From assembly GCA_019058245.1 (NCBI GenBank), contig JAHPZJ010000013.1:9166-73165 (forward strand): DNA of 64,000 bases. Reading direction: 5' to 3'. This stretch comes from Promethearchaeota archaeon (GTDB lineage: Archaea; Asgardarchaeota; Lokiarchaeia; Sigyniarchaeales; SOKP01). This document shows positions 59,904 to 64,000 of the stretch, in pieces. How positions within the stretch are numbered: position 1 is the first letter of the stretch; every line of letters begins with the position of its first letter. Below the pieces are notes generated by a model. It did not search any database and had not been told where the DNA came from. It saw only the letters and a program-made list of their open reading frames with translations. Both the position numbers and the translations under genes were made by a program.

Positions 59904-60920
59904 TCATAAAATATGCTGTTCTATTTTTTCTTTCTTTATTTTATCAACATCGATGAAATTTTTTAATGCATGTATCTTTGTACCATAAACAATTCTTCCA
60001 TTAATATCATTGTTATCTGAATATCTTAAAGTTAGTTCCGCGGCAAACTTCATTACTTCATTATCTCTTTTTCCTTGAATAATAGTAATTGGACCTGTCA
60101 CATTTTCAGCTTGCATTATTAAATCATTAGTATATTTCAATTGAAGTAATAACTTATTTTCTAACTCATTTCTTCCTACTATAATTTTTGATTGATTATA
60201 CCTAAAATGGCGTCCATATTTTAGAATATTCACATCCTTCATGTTAAGATTCTCATGATATTTAATACAATCTTTCATTCGATTCGAAAATCCCTTATCA
60301 GTTAATAAACATCCACCACATGCATAATATGAATTTAATAATCCATATTTCTGAGCAATTTCGAGTTGAATCTTTCTGCTTCGTCCATTGATACCAAATA
60401 ATTTAGATCTATCAATATATCCTTGTTTTTCAAGAATAGTAGGTTCCAATAATAAAGCAGATAAGGGTCTTAGTAATTTTCCTTTTAGCCCTGCTTCACG
60501 TTCAATGATCTTTAAAGCTCGTTTATTTTGAGATTTAGGTCTTTGATTTAAAACTTCTCCTGTAAAAATAAAATCAGCCTTGATTTTTTCTGCAAATTTC
60601 TTGGCTTTTTTTAAAATGTATATTCTGCAATCGATACATGGATTTAAATTTCTCCCATAACCGAATATTGGACTACGGATTATTTTTAGGTAATCTTCTT
60701 TCTTATATTGGTAATATGTTGTAATTCCCAATTTTTCATAATATAAATTTAAACCACATTCTGAATTTTTTAAGGCTTTATCACAATTACAAAATGGCGA
60801 TTTAAAATTGAGTCCCACAATTTCAATATCTTGTAATTTTAGCATTAAAGTAGCAATTAAACTGTCCAATCCTCCCGAAATTAATCCAAGTCCTAAGAGG
60901 CTATTGTTAGTATATCTCAT
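59904..60920 (-). CDS. ThiI/MnmA-like PP-loop tRNA sulfurtransferase with a DUF814-like C-terminus
   Basis: SGGLDS, NPCIDCR, TGEVLNQRPKSQ, GGCLLTD, GRHFR, IVGRN. Confidence 0.85.
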   Translation of the reverse strand: MRYTNNSLLGLGLISGGLDSLIATLMLKLQDIEIVGLNFKSPFCNCDKALKNSECGLNLYYEKLGITTYYQYKKEDYLKIIRSPIFGYGRNLNPCIDCRIYILKKAKKFAEKIKADFIFTGEVLNQRPKSQNKRALKIIEREAGLKGKLLRPLSALLLEPTILEKQGYIDRSKLFGINGRSRKIQLEIAQKYGLLNSYYACGGCLLTDKGFSNRMKDCIKYHENLNMKDVNILKYGRHFRYNQSKIIVGRNELENKLLLQLKYTNDLIMQAENVTGPITIIQGKRDNEVMKFAAELTLRYSDNNDINGRIVYGTKIHALKNFIDVDKIKKEKIEQHIL

Positions 60921-60939
60921 TTGAATTTAATATTGAAAT

Positions 60940-61173
60940 TTAAAGCTTTTTTAGTTTCAAAAACCATATGCCTTCTTCTGGGTCAATTTCCTTTTTTTCC
61001 ATTAACTCTGCGAGGTTTTGACGGTTACAATTTTCAGGTATATTTTTTGCCGCAGGAGGAAAATCTAAAATAACTTCTAAAATATCACCTTGATCCAATT
61101 CTTCAAGAGATAATTTAGTATAGACGAATGTCATAGGGCATACTTTTCCTTTAATATCCAGGTTTTTTAACAT
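60940..61173 (-). CDS. tusA: TusA/SirA sulfur carrier
   Basis: LDIKGKVCPMTFV...GDILEVILD. Confidence 0.88.
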   Translation of the reverse strand: MLKNLDIKGKVCPMTFVYTKLSLEELDQGDILEVILDFPPAAKNIPENCNRQNLAELMEKKEIDPEEGIWFLKLKKL

Positions 61174-61202
61174 AATTCTCAAATCTTTTTTTGAACTTTT
61201 TA

Positions 61203-62015
61203 CTAACATATATCTTCTATCCTATAGTTATAGGTTCCAACTAAATCGACTGCATTTTCTCCACATGCAATACAATTATCATCTCTATGAATATCTATAA
61301 AATTAAATGTATTTCGTAAGAGATCTACATATAATATCTTATTTGTGATTAAATCACCTACATTCAGAATGTATTTGATTGCTTCATTTGCTTCTATACA
61401 ACCTAGGATCCCTGGAATTAATCCAATGACTCCTGCTTCTGAACATGACATCCCCGTGCCCATATCAGAGACATCGCCAAAAATGCATCTATAACAAGCA
61501 GTTTTTTTCTCTGGAACCGTTGTCATAATCTGTCCATGGAATCTTAATACTCCTGCTATTGTAAATGGGATCTGTAAATAGATACATGTATCATTAACTA
61601 ACATCTTGGTAGGAAAGTTGTCAGAACCTTCTATCACAAAATCTGATCCTTTAATAAATTTTTTAGCATTTAGAGGGGTAATCTTATCGGAAATAACCTC
61701 AATGCTGCAATCTGGATTTAAAAGATTCAGCTTTTCAATAGCACTCTCTGTTTTTTTTCGATTAATATCTTTTGTGAAATGGAGAATCTGTCTATGCAAA
61801 TTTGAAGGTTCGACTATATCATAATCAATCACTTTTAAATGACCAATTCCTGCGGCAACTAAATAATATGCGACAGGTGATCCAAGTGCTCCTAATCCAA
61901 TTAAAGAAACTTTTGAATTCAATAATTTTTTTTGTCCAATTCCTCCAATTTCCTTAAGGACAATTTGACGTGAATATCTATTGATCTGTTCTTCTGTTAA
62001 ATTCATCTTCTTCAA
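61203..62015 (-). CDS. ThiF/MoeB/UbaA E1-like adenylyltransferase
   Basis: RYSRQ, GLGALG, SNLHRQ, CYRC, SCSEAGVIG, CIAC. Confidence 0.92.
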   Translation of the reverse strand: MKKMNLTEEQINRYSRQIVLKEIGGIGQKKLLNSKVSLIGLGALGSPVAYYLVAAGIGHLKVIDYDIVEPSNLHRQILHFTKDINRKKTESAIEKLNLLNPDCSIEVISDKITPLNAKKFIKGSDFVIEGSDNFPTKMLVNDTCIYLQIPFTIAGVLRFHGQIMTTVPEKKTACYRCIFGDVSDMGTGMSCSEAGVIGLIPGILGCIEANEAIKYILNVGDLITNKILYVDLLRNTFNFIDIHRDDNCIACGENAVDLVGTYNYRIEDIC

Positions 62016-62293
62016 TTCTAAGTGTAAAACTTAAGATATTAAAATTTTATATTTATATAAAATAAAATGCAAAAATTGCATTAACCTATTTATACGATAC
62101 TGAATGATTAATTCGAAAGGAACTAAATTTAATCATAATTGGATTTCGCCCTATAATGAATCATTATAGTTTTTTTATCTATCCCCTAATTTCTTAAAAA
62201 AAATTGATTTAATTTTTCCTTTTGTTCTTTTTTTTAATTTTATTAAGTAATCTTTAATTAATATTTAAATAAACTAAAAGATGTAAAGAATCT

Positions 62294-63274
62294 ATGAAAG
62301 CAGCAGTTATTGAAGACATTAATAAAATTATATATAAGAAAAATTATCCTAAACCTATTCCTGGTCCAGACGAGGCATTAGTTAAAGTACATTATTGTGG
62401 AATTTGTGGGAGTGATATAACTAATTTTAAATATAAATTATACAAAATGCCTCTAATAGGGGGACATGAAATTACTGGGGAAATTAAAGAAATTGGTGAG
62501 AATGTTTTTGAGGCAAGTGTAGGAGATAAAGTTCTTTGTGTTAATGTATCGCTTGATTTTACTCAAGATGAATTGAGTGGTTTAGGAATATTTCAAGATG
62601 GAGGATTTGCTGAGTATGTGAAAGTACCTAAAAACTCAATATTTCCCCTTCCTAAAAATATTTCTACTAAAGATGCTGCATTGATTGAAACATTTGCGTT
62701 AATAATGCGAGCGTTTAAATTATCAAGAATTGAAAAGAATGAAAATATTCTTATTATTGGAGGAGGAAATGTTGGATTAGCAACTTTAAAATCAGTATTA
62801 ATTGAAAAAGATCCCAATTACGTTATTGTGGTTGAACCTCAAGAATTTTTACGCAAAAAAGCAATTGAAATAGGTGCAACAAAAGCAGTTGATACAAGCA
62901 GAGCCAAAATAAAAAAAATAACAAAAAATCTGGGAATACCAACATTTATTTTTGATTGTGTTGGAAATGAAGAAACACTTTCCAATGCGGTTTACTTTAT
63001 TAAAAAAGGAGGGACTATTTTATTAGAAGGTATACATAAAGGAACTATAACATTTCCTATATTCATGTTAAATTCCAAAGAGGTAACTTTGAAAGGAAGT
63101 TTAGGTCATGATCGAGATGACATTCTAGCGGCAATCGATTTATTTGCTGAGGGAATAGTTGATGCTAATGAATTTATTTCTAAAGTGATTCGTTTAGAAG
63201 ATATGCAGAAAACCTTCGAAAGATTTTTAGAGCCATCAGGAAGGGATTTTATAAAAATTTTAGTAAAAATTTAA
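62294..63274 (+). CDS. Zinc-dependent medium-chain dehydrogenase lacking the structural-Zn loop
   Basis: CGICGSD, GHE, GGFAEY, GGGNVG. Confidence 0.88.
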   Translation: MKAAVIEDINKIIYKKNYPKPIPGPDEALVKVHYCGICGSDITNFKYKLYKMPLIGGHEITGEIKEIGENVFEASVGDKVLCVNVSLDFTQDELSGLGIFQDGGFAEYVKVPKNSIFPLPKNISTKDAALIETFALIMRAFKLSRIEKNENILIIGGGNVGLATLKSVLIEKDPNYVIVVEPQEFLRKKAIEIGATKAVDTSRAKIKKITKNLGIPTFIFDCVGNEETLSNAVYFIKKGGTILLEGIHKGTITFPIFMLNSKEVTLKGSLGHDRDDILAAIDLFAEGIVDANEFISKVIRLEDMQKTFERFLEPSGRDFIKILVKI

Positions 63275-63553
63275 TTTTTCATTATAATATTTATTTCTTT
63301 TAGAAAAGATACAATTTCATTTAGATTAAATTTAACGGAAAGCAAAATAATAAAAACTCTACAATCATACAAGTGATCTAATTTTTTAGACAATTTTCTC
63401 TTTATTTTTAACTAATTTCATATTTTATTGAAAGAATTTTCTCGAAATAATTGTTTTTTAAGAGAGAAAACAAAAAAACTTAAATACAATATTAAGTAAG
63501 ATAAATGCAATATCAATATTTGCTATTTTGAATTTTTATAAAGAGAGAGGGTT

Positions 63554-64000
63554 ATGCACGAAGAAATCGAACAAGAAGATGAAGAGCTAGAAAAATGGGA
63601 AAAAAAGGAATAGTTTGTTTATACAGAAAAACCAAAGCCATATAATAAAAAAGGTTATAGAAAGTTCGCATCCGCATATGGTACTCTAATTTTAAAAGCC
63701 GAAAGTCTTTTAATTGGAGATTTTGCTTTAAAATATTTAAATATTCTTAACATCGAAAGATTTAGAAAAAGACCACGTATTATAATACATAGTAAAGAAG
63801 GAATGACTTACTGGCTTTTAGGGTATCCTCCAAAATTTAATGATGTAGATCAAGTAATTTCATTACTTAGGGAGAAGTTAAAAGAATATGACAAAATAAA
63901 AATTGAAAATGCAAAGAAATTCATTATTGATCTTCCAAATTTATACAGAGAAATTAATCTGGATGATTTGGTTTTACGAACAGGTTTAAAAAAGGCTGAT
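63554..64000 (+). CDS. Partial hypothetical ORF interrupted by an in-frame TAG at 63611-63613; runs off the end of the window
   Basis: GAGGG then ATG 63554; 19 codons, TAG, then 129 open codons to the edge. Confidence 0.45.

Noticed and set aside
2373-62817. Other 60-120 aa ORFs nested in or antisense to long genes
   Set aside because: Each overlaps a well-supported gene and lacks independent motifs.
1-64000. Genome-wide UGA reassignment (code 4 or 25)
   Set aside because: Trp is encoded by TGG, and TGA terminates ordinary genes (for example at 12248, 15989, 47575 and 55540).
1-64000. CRISPR arrays, tRNA/rRNA genes, transposases or integrases
   Set aside because: None recognised by eye; a tRNAscan/Infernal run would be needed to exclude small RNAs.

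Overview
AT-rich archaeal DNA, most likely from an Asgard archaeon (Lokiarchaeia/Promethearchaeota-like). This is inferred from an archaeal-type uL16, MglA- and Rag-like small GTPases, an arrestin-fold protein, F420/Hdr/Mvh redox genes and eukaryote-type SECIS hairpins. The window has three parts. (1) 1-26.6 kb: mixed housekeeping, membrane and eukaryote-signature genes. (2) 27-47 kb: an electron-bifurcation supercluster with 4 HdrA-like, 3 MvhD, 2 HdrD-like and 2 FrhB-like genes. (3) 48-62 kb: a sulfur-relay and Cys/Met biosynthesis island (SAMP/MoaD, cysE, iscS, iscU, Rrf2, cysK, metX, metW, CGS, ThiI-like, TusA, ThiF). The main hidden signal is stop-codon recoding that the ORF track misses. 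An HdrA has four in-frame UGAs and an MvhD has two, all at Cys positions of paralogues in this window. They are followed by one eukaryote-like SECIS whose AUGA core is the MvhD stop codon. A second hairpin with the same geometry follows an uncharacterised signal-peptide/membrane-anchored ORF with an in-frame UGA (5761-6693), a candidate new selenoprotein family. Other observations: near-cognate start codons (ATC, ACG, ATT), an A11 frameshift in an FrhB gene, an Arb2/FAM172-like protein and CysK-binding C-terminal tails. All calls come from manual reading of the sequence; no searches or folding programs were run.
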